DNA of 64,000 nt, taken from Candidatus Micrarchaeota archaeon (GTDB lineage: Archaea; Micrarchaeota; Micrarchaeia; Anstonellales; Bilamarchaeaceae). Below, one piece after another: positions 9,933 to 19,179 of the stretch (position 1 is the stretch's first letter; each line of letters starts with the position of its first letter). The position numbers and the translations under genes are program-made. The notes beneath the pieces are model-generated. The model saw nothing but the letters and a program-made list of their open reading frames with translations. It was not told where the DNA came from and made no database searches. The DNA is taken from NCBI GenBank assembly GCA_038046805.1, contig JBBSVO010000003.1, positions 83,120 to 147,119 on the forward strand, in the 5' to 3' direction.

Positions 9933-10931
9933 ATGTCCAACTTAGATTTACCAAAAGTCGATGAAAAAGATAAAAAGATATTATTGGAATTGGAAACAAA
10001 CGCAAGGCAAAGCGCATCACAGATCGCAAAAAGGGTCGGCTTGTCAAAGGAAGTAGTAAATTACAGGATTAAACGATACCTTGCAAGTGGGATTATAACC
10101 AAATTTTTTGTGATTCCAAATTTTGACCGCTTAGGCCTGACAACCTACAGGATATATCTGCAATTCCGTGCGACCACCCAGAAAAAAGAAAGCGAAATTA
10201 TAGATTATATAAAAAACAAAATGCCATGCCAGTGGATAGGGATATGCGATGGCAGATGGGATATAATCGCACGTATATGTGCAAAGGATATTTTTGAATT
10301 CAATAGCATGATGAGTGATTTTCTTGAAGTGCATGGAGAATCCATAAGAGAAAAGACAATCGCAATACAACTTAGACATACGTGGTGGCCAAGCACATAT
10401 GGACTCACTGAAAAAACTGAAGGAAAAACCCCTAGACATTATGTCCCCACAAATGTAAAACCAATTGAATATGATGAAAAGGACCTGATTACATTAAGCG
10501 AAATGACTGAAAACGCGCGCGTTCCCACGGTTGAAATTGCAAAAAAGGCGGGTCTTTCCCCAGATGCGGTGAAGTATAGAATTAATCGTCTCACCAAAGA
10601 AGGCGTAATAACGCAGGTTAAAAGTTATTTCAACCGTCAAAAATTTGGTTACCAGCACAACCAGGTATTTGTGAGATTTTACCAGGAACCCGTTGGGATA
10701 AAAAAATTCATAGATTTTTTAAACACACTTCCAGAATGTTTTTTCATATCCTCCATGGTAGGGGCGTGGGATATGCAATTCGGAATAGATGCCAGAAATT
10801 CTATAGAGTTTCATGAGATATTCGGAAAAATAAAAGAAAAATTCCCAGAGGTAATTCGGGAATACGAAACATTGATTGTGTATGAGGAATCCTCTCCCAA
10901 CCCGTTTAGGCATTTATTGGAGCGGAAATAG
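9933..10931 (+). CDS. Tandem-duplicated Lrp/AsnC family regulator
   Basis: Two HTH+RAM units (DEKDKKILLEL..NARQS and DEKDLITL..NARVP); divergent from the methyltransferase. Confidence 0.9.
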   Translation: MSNLDLPKVDEKDKKILLELETNARQSASQIAKRVGLSKEVVNYRIKRYLASGIITKFFVIPNFDRLGLTTYRIYLQFRATTQKKESEIIDYIKNKMPCQWIGICDGRWDIIARICAKDIFEFNSMMSDFLEVHGESIREKTIAIQLRHTWWPSTYGLTEKTEGKTPRHYVPTNVKPIEYDEKDLITLSEMTENARVPTVEIAKKAGLSPDAVKYRINRLTKEGVITQVKSYFNRQKFGYQHNQVFVRFYQEPVGIKKFIDFLNTLPECFFISSMVGAWDMQFGIDARNSIEFHEIFGKIKEKFPEVIREYETLIVYEESSPNPFRHLLERK

Positions 10932-11940
10932 GCGCAAGTGAATGCACGTGCTCGGAAACAGCCCTTCTGAAATCTTCTGACTTCGGCAGTTTTTTATTTG
11001 GATGAATCCTGAAATACTCATAAATGCCAATACCTACTTCATAATGCACTGATTTTATAGAACTGAAAAGTGAGGAGATTGCATCTAAAAAACCAATCAA
11101 TCGATAAAGGTCTTGAACCGCGGGAAATTGAGTTATTTGAGGTGCTTTTGCCGAGATTCCACCCTGCAAAACATATGATTCTCCTTCTACCCAGCACATA
11201 AAAAAATCCGCCAGCGGAGCAGCATAAGTAAGATATGATTTTAATGATTCTACGTCCATCCCAACCCTTTCAGCGAGCTTTAATACCTCTGGCAAAGCAA
11301 AAAAATCAAGTTCGTGGGTTCTCATACCAAACCTGATTCTCATCTCTCTTAAACGAGCATCTGCATGAATTGCATCAACAAGAGAGGCATAACCTCTCAT
11401 TCCAGTCCTTTGTCTAAATATACTAAATAGCTCTTCATGTTCTGGCTGAAGGGAATGCCGCAATTCATGCACTGCAACAATAACTGAGTAGATAGGTCTT
11501 GAAACATCAAATTCTAAAAAAAGTGAACGGACTATATCTCCCCGGGCATCCTGTGTAATGGCAATGCCACCGGTATCCGAGTCAGGATTAATTTTATCGA
11601 TCTTACCTCGCCTAAATAGTTCTGCAGTGTCACGTATACCACTGTGAACGCACACTGCATCAGTTGCCAGCATAACCATCCCCAGGGGATTAACAGGCCT
11701 GACGGGATTAAAAGACTCAAGACGACACATTGTGTCTTGCAATACTTCTTTGCCCTCACGCGCAATCACACGCATGTTCCCTGCCTTAGCAATATCTTCA
11801 AGAAGCCCTCTGCAGCGTAAAAAAAGGGCAATATCTTCTCTATTGTATAGAGCGATTCCACTACGTACTCCACCAAATTTTTCAAGCGCCCTTTTTGCAA
11901 AAGAAGCATGACCAATAGATACAATTTCCCGTAGTTCCAT
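10906..11940 (-). CDS. Hypothetical protein with HExxH zinc-metallopeptidase-like motif
   Basis: VAVHELRH and downstream WVEGESY. Confidence 0.55.
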   Translation of the reverse strand: MELREIVSIGHASFAKRALEKFGGVRSGIALYNREDIALFLRCRGLLEDIAKAGNMRVIAREGKEVLQDTMCRLESFNPVRPVNPLGMVMLATDAVCVHSGIRDTAELFRRGKIDKINPDSDTGGIAITQDARGDIVRSLFLEFDVSRPIYSVIVAVHELRHSLQPEHEELFSIFRQRTGMRGYASLVDAIHADARLREMRIRFGMRTHELDFFALPEVLKLAERVGMDVESLKSYLTYAAPLADFFMCWVEGESYVLQGGISAKAPQITQFPAVQDLYRLIGFLDAISSLFSSIKSVHYEVGIGIYEYFRIHPNKKLPKSEDFRRAVSEHVHSLAPISAPINA

Positions 11941-12038
11941 TATATATAACGTAAACAAAAGGGTATAAAAAGAGGCAATATACGATTTAATAAAACGCTG
12001 AACCAAAAATCGAAAACACTAGACTGGAAACAAAAAAA

Positions 12039-12189
12039 TGCGACCGTCGGGATTCGAACCCGAGTCATTAGCTTGGAAGGCTAAGATCCTACCGATGTCC
12101 AAACCAAATGGCAGGTGATGCATTATGGTTTTCGAAAACCTTTTGCCATAAGGTTTCATCAGCCAAAAGGTTTGCTAGACTACGATCGC
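12039..12189 (-). tRNA. tRNA-Gly(TCC) with 80-nt D-loop intron (15/16; 12095-12174)
   Basis: Spliced 71-nt cloverleaf GCGATCGTAGTCTAG/CGGTAGGAT...CT TCC AA...TTCGAAT CCCGA CGGTCGCA; BHB GTCT-AG|C ... GGAC-AT|C. Confidence 0.93.
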
Positions 12190-12223
12190 TACCGTAAATA
12201 AAAATGCGCAGAAAGGATTAAAA

Positions 12224-12409
12224 TCAGATTCTCTGGTCCGTAGCAGCAAGTCCTGCCCCTACACCTGCGAATATGCCTCCTGCTACCATCCATGTTGCAG
12301 ACGGAATTCCCTGAATTGGATTAATCGGCATGTTGCTGAATAACCCTAGTGCAAGCATTCCACCGCCAACTGCCATCACACCAACTCCGGTAAAAGTCTG
12401 TAAACCCAT
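12224..12409 (-). CDS. Small two-helix Gly-rich membrane protein
   Basis: 61 aa, two hydrophobic GxxxG segments, GGTGG SD-like motif, directly after tpiA. Confidence 0.6.
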   Translation of the reverse strand: MGLQTFTGVGVMAVGGGMLALGLFSNMPINPIQGIPSATWMVAGGIFAGVGAGLAATDQRI

Positions 12410-12424
12410 ATAGCCACCATTACG

Positions 12425-13078
12425 TTAAAACATCTCTGCAAGCCCTGCGAGGAATTTTTTCGGGTCGTCCGCATTTACGAACGCACTTGCAAGCAAAACC
12501 CCATCAACGCCAAGACCAAGCGCCTTTTTCACGTCTGCGGCATTGCTGACACCAGCACCACACAGTACTGGAATCTTATCGTTTATAGCCTTAATTTTCT
12601 TTATTGTTTCAGTTACGATTTCCGGCTTTGCATTTGAAACGCTAACTCCGCTTCCGATTAATTCGGGCGGCTCTATTGCAATATAAGTCGGATGAAACGT
12701 CGCAACCTGCTCCGCCTCTTTCGGACTTTCTGCACAAACCAGTCCTTCAAGCGCATTTTGATGAAGCCTTTCGATGGTGGCCTTTATTTTGTCATGCGGA
12801 CGAAGTTTTTTCTCTGAGTGATTAACAATAGAACCCTTGACTTTTATTTTTTTAAGAAGTTCCGCTGGAACCGAACCAGTGAATGCACCAGGACTCTCGG
12901 CATCAACGTGCTGTGCGAAAACGTCTGAGAACCTCTCTGCTGCATCCTTGAGAAATGGTGCTGGAGGACAAATAACGATTCTCACTCCGGTTTCCGCAAC
13001 TACTTCGCTGACAATGTCTGTAAAATAGAGTGCTTTTTCAAGCGTTCGGTCATATGTCTTCAGGTTAAGGACGATCAT
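12425..13078 (-). CDS. tpiA: Triosephosphate isomerase (archaeal type)
   Basis: NLKTY, VNHSE, AIEPPELIG, VLCGAGV, VLLASAFV. Confidence 0.97.
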   Translation of the reverse strand: MIVLNLKTYDRTLEKALYFTDIVSEVVAETGVRIVICPPAPFLKDAAERFSDVFAQHVDAESPGAFTGSVPAELLKKIKVKGSIVNHSEKKLRPHDKIKATIERLHQNALEGLVCAESPKEAEQVATFHPTYIAIEPPELIGSGVSVSNAKPEIVTETIKKIKAINDKIPVLCGAGVSNAADVKKALGLGVDGVLLASAFVNADDPKKFLAGLAEMF

Positions 13079-13136
13079 AATTGAATATTAGAAGGTAAAG
13101 AAATAAAAGAGGATTGCAACCCTAACTTATATATTC

Positions 13137-13342
13137 GCTGGAGTCGCATAACCTGGTAGTGCGTCGGTCTCGAACCGATTTTCGAGCAAACCGATCCCTT
13201 TGGGATTGTAGGTTCAAACACAAGCCTTTTGGATTCCAAAAGCATTAGGACAAAAGGCTGGTGCTTATCCAAAATCAAGGAGAAGCAAACGGAACCGTTA
13301 CGCGAAACGGAAAACCAAAAACTGAAAATCCTACCTCCAGCG
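13137..13342 (+). tRNA. tRNA-Ser(CGA) with 14-nt 37/38 intron (13175-13188) and 110-nt T-loop 59/60 intron (13219-13328)
   Basis: Acceptor GCTGGAG/CTCCAGC-G, anticodon arm TCGGT CT CGA A..A ACCGA, long variable arm, T stem GTAGG/CCTAC; central helices CTCG/CGAG and TTCA/TGAA each followed by 3-nt bulges. Confidence 0.9.
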
Positions 13343-13455
13343 TTTTGTTTTACAAAACGCGGTAGCCTGGCAGCAGCCAAGTCTGCCGGCGTTTTATTTT
13401 CTATTTCTCAGCCAAACCACTACCTTTATAAATAACAAACGACAAATATACATAT

Positions 13456-14703
13456 ATGACAACTCATAGGCAATTGTCACTTCCTGGTCTGAACGCAACC
13501 CCCGGAACACTTGCAAGAATTCACCGGATAGATAGAAGACTTACTCAAAAATGGGACGGTTTTAATGCACATATAGCACGTATTCTGGGAGAACTTGAGG
13601 ATGCAAGCTCGGCATCTCTTTACGTGGTACGCACAGAAAAACCGAACGGAACTGCAACTCCAGAAAGCGAACTGGCATTTTCATCAAAAGTAGTACGAAC
13701 CGTATTAACTGAAGAGCAGGCGAAAAGGAGAATCCCCCCATATAGGGTAGTTTCTGCAGAAGATAGTTGGGGCAGTTTAAGCGATCCTGAAAGAATTCAT
13801 CCTGCAACCACACTACGGGGAGGCATGTCGTTTATATTTAGCGATGGAAGAACAGCATCTAGTTATACTACTGATGAGGGGGATTATACTCATCGTGAAA
13901 TTGAATTAATAACACCTTCAACAACCAACCAGATACTTCTTCCATTATATACGGAAGTAGAAGGAGAAACTCCTGAAAGATTGGGGGTTCTCTCTTTTGA
14001 AGGAAAAAACCTTTTTTGGAAAGATTCGACCTGCGTAACCGAAGCAGAGAAGATGCTGGAGATTATGCTTATCATGTCCCTCCTCTCAACAGGCATATCT
14101 GCAAAACTTGAATCAGGAACAGACGCACTTACAAAACTCATGAGAAAAAAAGAGTTCAAGAGTGAACTAAGCCGAGTGCTTAGAGCAGTCAAAGAAGGAA
14201 CAATACCGGATTTTTCAATTGTGATGGCGGACATAGATTATTTCAAAAGGATAAACGACACACATGGGCACCTTGCCGGAGATGCAGTTCTTGAAATAGT
14301 CGCAGATGTTCTGATGAGCAGCGTCAGGAATGAGCAGAAAGTTGCACGAATGGAAGGAAGGAACGCCAATACCGAACATCCGATTTTTGATGTCGTTGCG
14401 AGATATGGGGGCGAGGAATTTGCCATAATCGCCATAACCGGCATAGACGGAGCGTTAAAGATGGCCGAAAGACTCAGGAAATCCGTGGAAGAAGCATGCA
14501 GAGAAATAGAAGGCAAAGTCTCGGGAGTAACCTGTAGTTTCGGAGTCGCAAGCCTTTTGCAGTGCATAAATGGCATTTCAGATATCGGAGCAGAAACAGG
14601 GCGGCTTATAATGGAAAGAGCGGACCAGATGCTTTATCAGGCAAAACGAAACGGCCGCAATAGGGTTGAACCGCAACCTGCGCCAACTGATTGGGCATTA
14701 TGA
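13456..14703 (+). CDS. GGDEF-domain (diguanylate cyclase-like) protein with GAF-like N-terminal region
   Basis: DALTKL, MADIDYFKRINDTHGHLAGDAVL, ARYGGEEF, TCSFGVA, ADQMLYQAKRNGRNRV. Confidence 0.93.
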   Translation: MTTHRQLSLPGLNATPGTLARIHRIDRRLTQKWDGFNAHIARILGELEDASSASLYVVRTEKPNGTATPESELAFSSKVVRTVLTEEQAKRRIPPYRVVSAEDSWGSLSDPERIHPATTLRGGMSFIFSDGRTASSYTTDEGDYTHREIELITPSTTNQILLPLYTEVEGETPERLGVLSFEGKNLFWKDSTCVTEAEKMLEIMLIMSLLSTGISAKLESGTDALTKLMRKKEFKSELSRVLRAVKEGTIPDFSIVMADIDYFKRINDTHGHLAGDAVLEIVADVLMSSVRNEQKVARMEGRNANTEHPIFDVVARYGGEEFAIIAITGIDGALKMAERLRKSVEEACREIEGKVSGVTCSFGVASLLQCINGISDIGAETGRLIMERADQMLYQAKRNGRNRVEPQPAPTDWAL

Positions 14704-14759
14704 TGTTGTTCCGCTATCCGAAGAATTTTTAATTCCAATCCTGCAACGTTTTCTTATTA

Positions 14760-15048
14760 GCCCCAATAGCTCAGGGCCCTTTTGACTTCTGAAACCTAAA
14801 GACAAAAGCGTTACATTTGAAAAACGTTGTTTCGTTTTTCAAAATTTTGAACGATTCGTCGTTCAAATCTTCGGAAAAGTCCTTAGGCAGCATAAATCAA
14901 AAGGGACGAGTAATGGTAGAGCGCCTCTCTCGTACTTGCTGGTTCTGAGTCAAGCGTTTTGTGTCTTATTATCCAAGACACTGAACTGGAAACTCGAAAC
15001 CGGAAACAGGCAAGGAGGAGGTCGGGAGTTCAAATCTCTCTTGGGGCT
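14760..15048 (+). tRNA. tRNA-Thr(CGT) with 139-nt D-loop intron (14775-14913) and 78-nt 37/38 intron (14935-15012)
   Basis: Spliced 72-nt cloverleaf GCCCCAATAGCTCAG/TGGTAGAGCGCCTCTCTCGTA/AGGAGG...TTGGGGCT; BHB GCTC-AG|G ... GAGT-AA|T. Confidence 0.9.
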
Positions 15049-15095
15049 ATTTGTATTTTATAATTATCAGTTCAAATGAATCTGGATGTGTTTAT

Positions 15096-16034
15096 ATGGA
15101 AGTTCTGGTTACTGGCGGAGCCGGTTTCATCGGCTCGAATATTGTTGAAAGATTAATTTCAGAAGGTCATTCAGTTACTGTCATAGACTGCCTTAACACG
15201 GGAAGTGAAAACAACCTCGCAGGAGTGCGGGACAAAATCAAATTCGTTCGTGGGAATTCCGGCGAGATTGAAAAACTCGTAAGTGGAAAAAAATTCGATA
15301 TCATCCTCCATCAGGGGGTTTACTCTACTTCTCCATTATATAAGGAAAACCGCTTGCTCACCGCAAAGGCTCTGGAAGAATTTATCAACATACTTGAATA
15401 CTGCACTAAGAACGGAACGCGACTGGTGTTCGCGTCGTCTTCTTCTCTTTACAATGGAGTAACTCCTCCGCACCGCGAGGATGCTCAAATCAATGTAACA
15501 GACTTTTACAGCGAAGCAAGACTGGCGATGGAAAGAGTCGCAACATTATACCATCAGCTTTATGGAACGAAAATAATTGCCCTCAGGTATTTCAGCGTTT
15601 ACGGGCCTCATGAAGAGGCAAAGGGAAAATATGCAAATCTCATAACCCAATTCTTATGGGCAATGATGAAAAACGAGGCACCCGTAGTCTATGGAGATGG
15701 TTCACAGACAAGGGATTTCGTCTTTGTCAGCGACATCGTTGAGGCAAACATGCTTGCAATGAAAAGCCCGCTTGAGTTCGGAATTTTCAATGTTGGAACC
15801 GGGCGCTCTGTTTCGATAAACGGGATGATTGAAATTTTGAACAACAAGCTCGGAACGAAACTACCAATAAAATACGTTGAAAATAAGGTGAAGAACTACG
15901 TGGCGCACACGCAGGCCGACACCTTGCTGACAAAAACAAAGCTAGGCTTTTCTGCAAAGACATCGCTTGAGGAAGGAATCGAAAAACTGATTGAATACAC
16001 CAAGTCTCGGGCGTATACTGAACCAAATAAGTAA
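15096..16034 (+). CDS. NAD-dependent epimerase/dehydratase (UDP-glucose 4-epimerase-like)
   Basis: VTGGAGFIGS, FASSSS, LRYFSVYGP, GDGSQTRDF; YxxxK appears as YSEAR. Confidence 0.93.
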   Translation: MEVLVTGGAGFIGSNIVERLISEGHSVTVIDCLNTGSENNLAGVRDKIKFVRGNSGEIEKLVSGKKFDIILHQGVYSTSPLYKENRLLTAKALEEFINILEYCTKNGTRLVFASSSSLYNGVTPPHREDAQINVTDFYSEARLAMERVATLYHQLYGTKIIALRYFSVYGPHEEAKGKYANLITQFLWAMMKNEAPVVYGDGSQTRDFVFVSDIVEANMLAMKSPLEFGIFNVGTGRSVSINGMIEILNNKLGTKLPIKYVENKVKNYVAHTQADTLLTKTKLGFSAKTSLEEGIEKLIEYTKSRAYTEPNK

Positions 16035-16200
16035 TACCGATTCGGAATATTAGCATTTATCTCGATGGTTCAGTATCCAGTGATCTGCTGATCACTAGCT
16101 GTTCACCAATGTGGTGAACATAGATCGAGCCATCTACAACTTCGAAGAAGTTGGAGAGACAGAGAATGCAATTCTCTGGGAAAAACTTATTTGGCTCGGG
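16013..16200 (+). repeat. Structured repeat (family M), copy carrying two double-hairpin inserts
   Basis: Homologous to the reverse complement of 60002-60097 except for inserts 16076-16120 and 16132-16178. Confidence 0.8.
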
Positions 16201-16253
16201 CGTAAACAGGGATAAGCAAAAACCTTTTAATCTCCAACTTCTTTTATGATACT

Positions 16254-16904
16254 ATGACAGAACTTGCAAAGAAAGTCGAGGATGGAAGATTATCCTCTAT
16301 CCTGAATTCCATTCAGATAGCTCTGGACCATTACGACGATATATTCTCTGATTTTGACCCATCTCCATTTAGTCAAAGAATGCTTTCAGATGATTTTCTC
16401 AAGGAGATGCAAAAGAGATATATAGAAACTAAAAAAGGGGAGTTTGAAATACGGTTTTCACTTCCAGCTTCAATAAGAGATGTAAAAACAGAGGGCTTGG
16501 TAAAGAAACGCCTTAAAGATTATTTCCACAAGCAGATAAAGAACGTGGATGTGGAAGTTGAAAAAAGACAAAATGCGGGAATACAACGCGCAGGATTTGG
16601 ATTCGTAGTTCTTGCAATAGAGCTTCTCATGACAGTATATGGATTCACAGCATTTCCTCTTAATTTCCTGGGTGTGATATTGGTTCCGGCTGGATGGTTC
16701 GGAATGTATTCTGGATTTGAAATGTTCTTTGACCATCCGAAAAAACTCAATGAGCAGAAGAAATTCTACAAAAAATTCCACGATGCGATATATCTTTTTG
16801 TTTCGGAAGAGGAGATTCTTGAGAGCATAGAGACTACTTCAGATCAAAAACCACTGGATGTCGTGATAAAGGATATTACAGAACGTGAAAAAGGAAAACC
16901 ATGA
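16254..16904 (+). CDS. Hypothetical two-TM membrane protein
   Basis: LDHYDDIFSDFDP..LSDDFL N-terminal motif, two hydrophobic helices. Confidence 0.8.
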   Translation: MTELAKKVEDGRLSSILNSIQIALDHYDDIFSDFDPSPFSQRMLSDDFLKEMQKRYIETKKGEFEIRFSLPASIRDVKTEGLVKKRLKDYFHKQIKNVDVEVEKRQNAGIQRAGFGFVVLAIELLMTVYGFTAFPLNFLGVILVPAGWFGMYSGFEMFFDHPKKLNEQKKFYKKFHDAIYLFVSEEEILESIETTSDQKPLDVVIKDITEREKGKP

Positions 16905-16961
16905 TTCTAAACAGCACGCTTTAAATCCCCTTTGCGACGCTAATTTTAGAATAAATTAAAC

Positions 16962-17073
16962 GGGGTCATGGGCTAACCTGGTAGACTACCGGCCTTGGGC
17001 GTCGGTGATTAGAGTTCAAGAGCCAGTCTAGACGCAAAACTCAAGACTGGAAACACAAATCTCTATGACCCCA
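16962..17073 (+). tRNA. tRNA-Pro(TGG) with 39-nt T-loop intron (~17020-17058)
   Basis: GGGGTCA/TGACCCC-A, CCGGC CT TGG GC GTCGG, TAGAG TTCAA[insert]AT CTCTA; exact register ambiguous because CAA repeats. Confidence 0.9.
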
Positions 17074-17122
17074 ATTTTTCTTTTTTTAATATGTGATCCG
17101 CGCTAGCGATGCGCATTCTGCG

Positions 17123-17560
17123 TTAGTTTTCCGGCATCCTTACAAGAATGAGAGACTGACCGGATTTTGAACCAGACCGTGGTTTTACTACAAAACCTTC
17201 TTTTTCATACAGCACGAGCGCACTTTCATTTTTTGGGCTGACTCTCAGGTAAACTGGTTTCCCAGACTTGAATAGAGGTTTGAGCAATGCCGAACCAACC
17301 CCCGTCGAACGAAATTCGGGAAGAACACCAAGACCCTTTACGGAAATTGAGCCGCCCGTTCCCATGCTCTCTGAAAAATTAATAAATCCTACACGTTTGC
17401 CATCAACCTCAGCAACAGTAACTTTATCGTCTTTTTTGATTATTGTTTCCGCATCGATTTCAGGGAAGATCGCATGAATTAATTTGGTTATTTCGATTAG
17501 TTCGTCTTTGCGCATTGGACGGATTTTTATTTCCTCCGACCGATGTTGTAGATGTCCCAT
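17123..17560 (-). CDS. GNAT family N-acetyltransferase
   Basis: LGVLPEFRSTGVGSALL, NESALVLYEKEGF. Confidence 0.9.
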   Translation of the reverse strand: MGHLQHRSEEIKIRPMRKDELIEITKLIHAIFPEIDAETIIKKDDKVTVAEVDGKRVGFINFSESMGTGGSISVKGLGVLPEFRSTGVGSALLKPLFKSGKPVYLRVSPKNESALVLYEKEGFVVKPRSGSKSGQSLILVRMPEN

Positions 17561-17692
17561 TTCAAATCCCGGTTTCTCTCTAATTCATCAACTATCTGAC
17601 TCAGCAAGGAAGCTTTTATTTGTTTATACTGGTCTGGAGTAGGAAGAACATTTTAGAGCATTCTTGAAATTTGCTTTTTGTATTTCATTTTT

Positions 17693-18406
17693 CTATTTCT
17701 CGAAATGCCTTGTTGCCGAGTCAAGCATTGCTCTGAATTCTGCAAGAAGTTCATGAACAAGATTTAGTGCAATATGTTGCATCGCACTTGATTTGTTACC
17801 TGGGTACTTCCGTAGTACGTCATAAAATAGTTTGTAGTACGCAATTTCGAACTCGGTTTCAGAAACGTGAATGTCTGGAAGGTCTGTATATGTACCAATT
17901 AATAGATTGGTCTGGAACGCACCAGTTAAATTCTCGTAACATCTCGGTTCCAGCCCATTTTCTACCGATGTAAAGGACGAAACGGGTTTTAGCTTGATTA
18001 AAAGATTGCCAATAGCTCGATCCAGTCTTATCAACCCAGATATGCTCAAAAAAGAAAAACCAGTTGGAGAATTATTTTGAAAGTTATTGAAATATATTGA
18101 TGCGACTACTGTGGAAGTGTCCGTATACAAGGAGAAGCATCCGACTTCGATTCGTGCTGAACCACTTTCAATACTCACACCAGCAGTAGTTCTTTCAGTA
18201 ATTATAGCTGAGTTGACTCTGCGCAAATCTTGCATACGTCTGAATTGCTTTTCAATTTCTGGTTCTGACCTTGAGAAATATCGTTTTTCTTCAGTCTTTC
18301 CTATAACGCCATCTAATCTTTCGAACGTTTTTGTGCATATACGCTCTGTTCTTCTAAATTGTTCGCAAATTCTAGGACGATTTTGGAAGTGGTTCATATA
18401 TACCAA
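17693..18406 (-). CDS. Hypothetical protein
   Basis: 237-aa ORF directly after the upstream ORF. Confidence 0.6.
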   Translation of the reverse strand: MVYMNHFQNRPRICEQFRRTERICTKTFERLDGVIGKTEEKRYFSRSEPEIEKQFRRMQDLRRVNSAIITERTTAGVSIESGSARIEVGCFSLYTDTSTVVASIYFNNFQNNSPTGFSFLSISGLIRLDRAIGNLLIKLKPVSSFTSVENGLEPRCYENLTGAFQTNLLIGTYTDLPDIHVSETEFEIAYYKLFYDVLRKYPGNKSSAMQHIALNLVHELLAEFRAMLDSATRHFEK

Positions 18407-18407
18407 C

Positions 18408-19079
18408 CTATCTTATCGGAACTTCAATACCAAGCTGCGCGTTTGCCGCCAGCAGTTTTCCATCCTCTGGGTCTGACATTCCGAAAGCCCTTACAAAGAA
18501 ATTCGCGACTTTTGTTTTCAGGGTTAATTGCACTGTTCCTCCGGCATTTGGAGATTCTTTTCCCTGTACAAATGGGACAATCGCTGTTGCTGAAACAGAG
18601 ACTGGGTCAAAACCCAAATCCGCACCAGCAAAAACCGGAGTGTTTCCTGTTATATCCAGTTCTGCACCTGCGCGTAGACCCAAGGAACTTGAAGACAAGT
18701 GTGCTACTCCGCCGAAAGCCCTTTGATTTCCAAGAAACCGACTTCTTTGTGCATACGCGGTTAATCCAAACCCACCGGGGGCAGACAGAGTAAGGTTTGC
18801 CCCTGCTTTTTCAAGCGAGGTCGCTCCACTCTCTAAATCACCGGCAAATGCAGTGCCAAGCCCTAGATTAGCACATCCAAATGTAAGCGAATGCTCAATG
18901 CCCAAACCTGCTTCATGTGTCTCTCCCTTTGACGTTTGATAAAATGCCTGAGTTGATAAACGGCTCTGTAATGAATCAGCATTTGCCTTGAATGGCAAAA
19001 GCAGCGTTGCTACAGACGCCACGACAGTAATTACTTTTCCAGAGCTTCTGCTAACCGTTTGTAAACTAACCATAAGCAC
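18408..19079 (-). CDS. Secreted protein with beta-barrel-like alternating strands
   Basis: Signal peptide ending ANA-D, then many amphipathic strands (AGLGIEHSLTF, GANLTLS, GLRAGAEL, NAQLGIEVPI). Confidence 0.6.
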   Translation of the reverse strand: MLMVSLQTVSRSSGKVITVVASVATLLLPFKANADSLQSRLSTQAFYQTSKGETHEAGLGIEHSLTFGCANLGLGTAFAGDLESGATSLEKAGANLTLSAPGGFGLTAYAQRSRFLGNQRAFGGVAHLSSSSLGLRAGAELDITGNTPVFAGADLGFDPVSVSATAIVPFVQGKESPNAGGTVQLTLKTKVANFFVRAFGMSDPEDGKLLAANAQLGIEVPIR

Positions 19080-19179
19080 ATCACCTTTCTAATTTTTCTA
19101 CAGCAGTTTGAACTGCAGTTTATGATATTATCTACGACATACCCAATATTTAAATGCTATTGGTGGCAATTATCACCAC

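Noticed and set aside
12110..12165. Hammerhead ribozyme in the tRNA-Gly intron (CTGATGA...GAAA)
   Set aside because: Stem II register is off, no stem III or cleavage triplet, and the homologous Thr/Lys introns lack CTGATGA.
13075..13435. ORFs 13075-13380 (-) and 13229-13435 (+)
   Set aside because: They overlap tRNA-Ser and its introns; no protein features.
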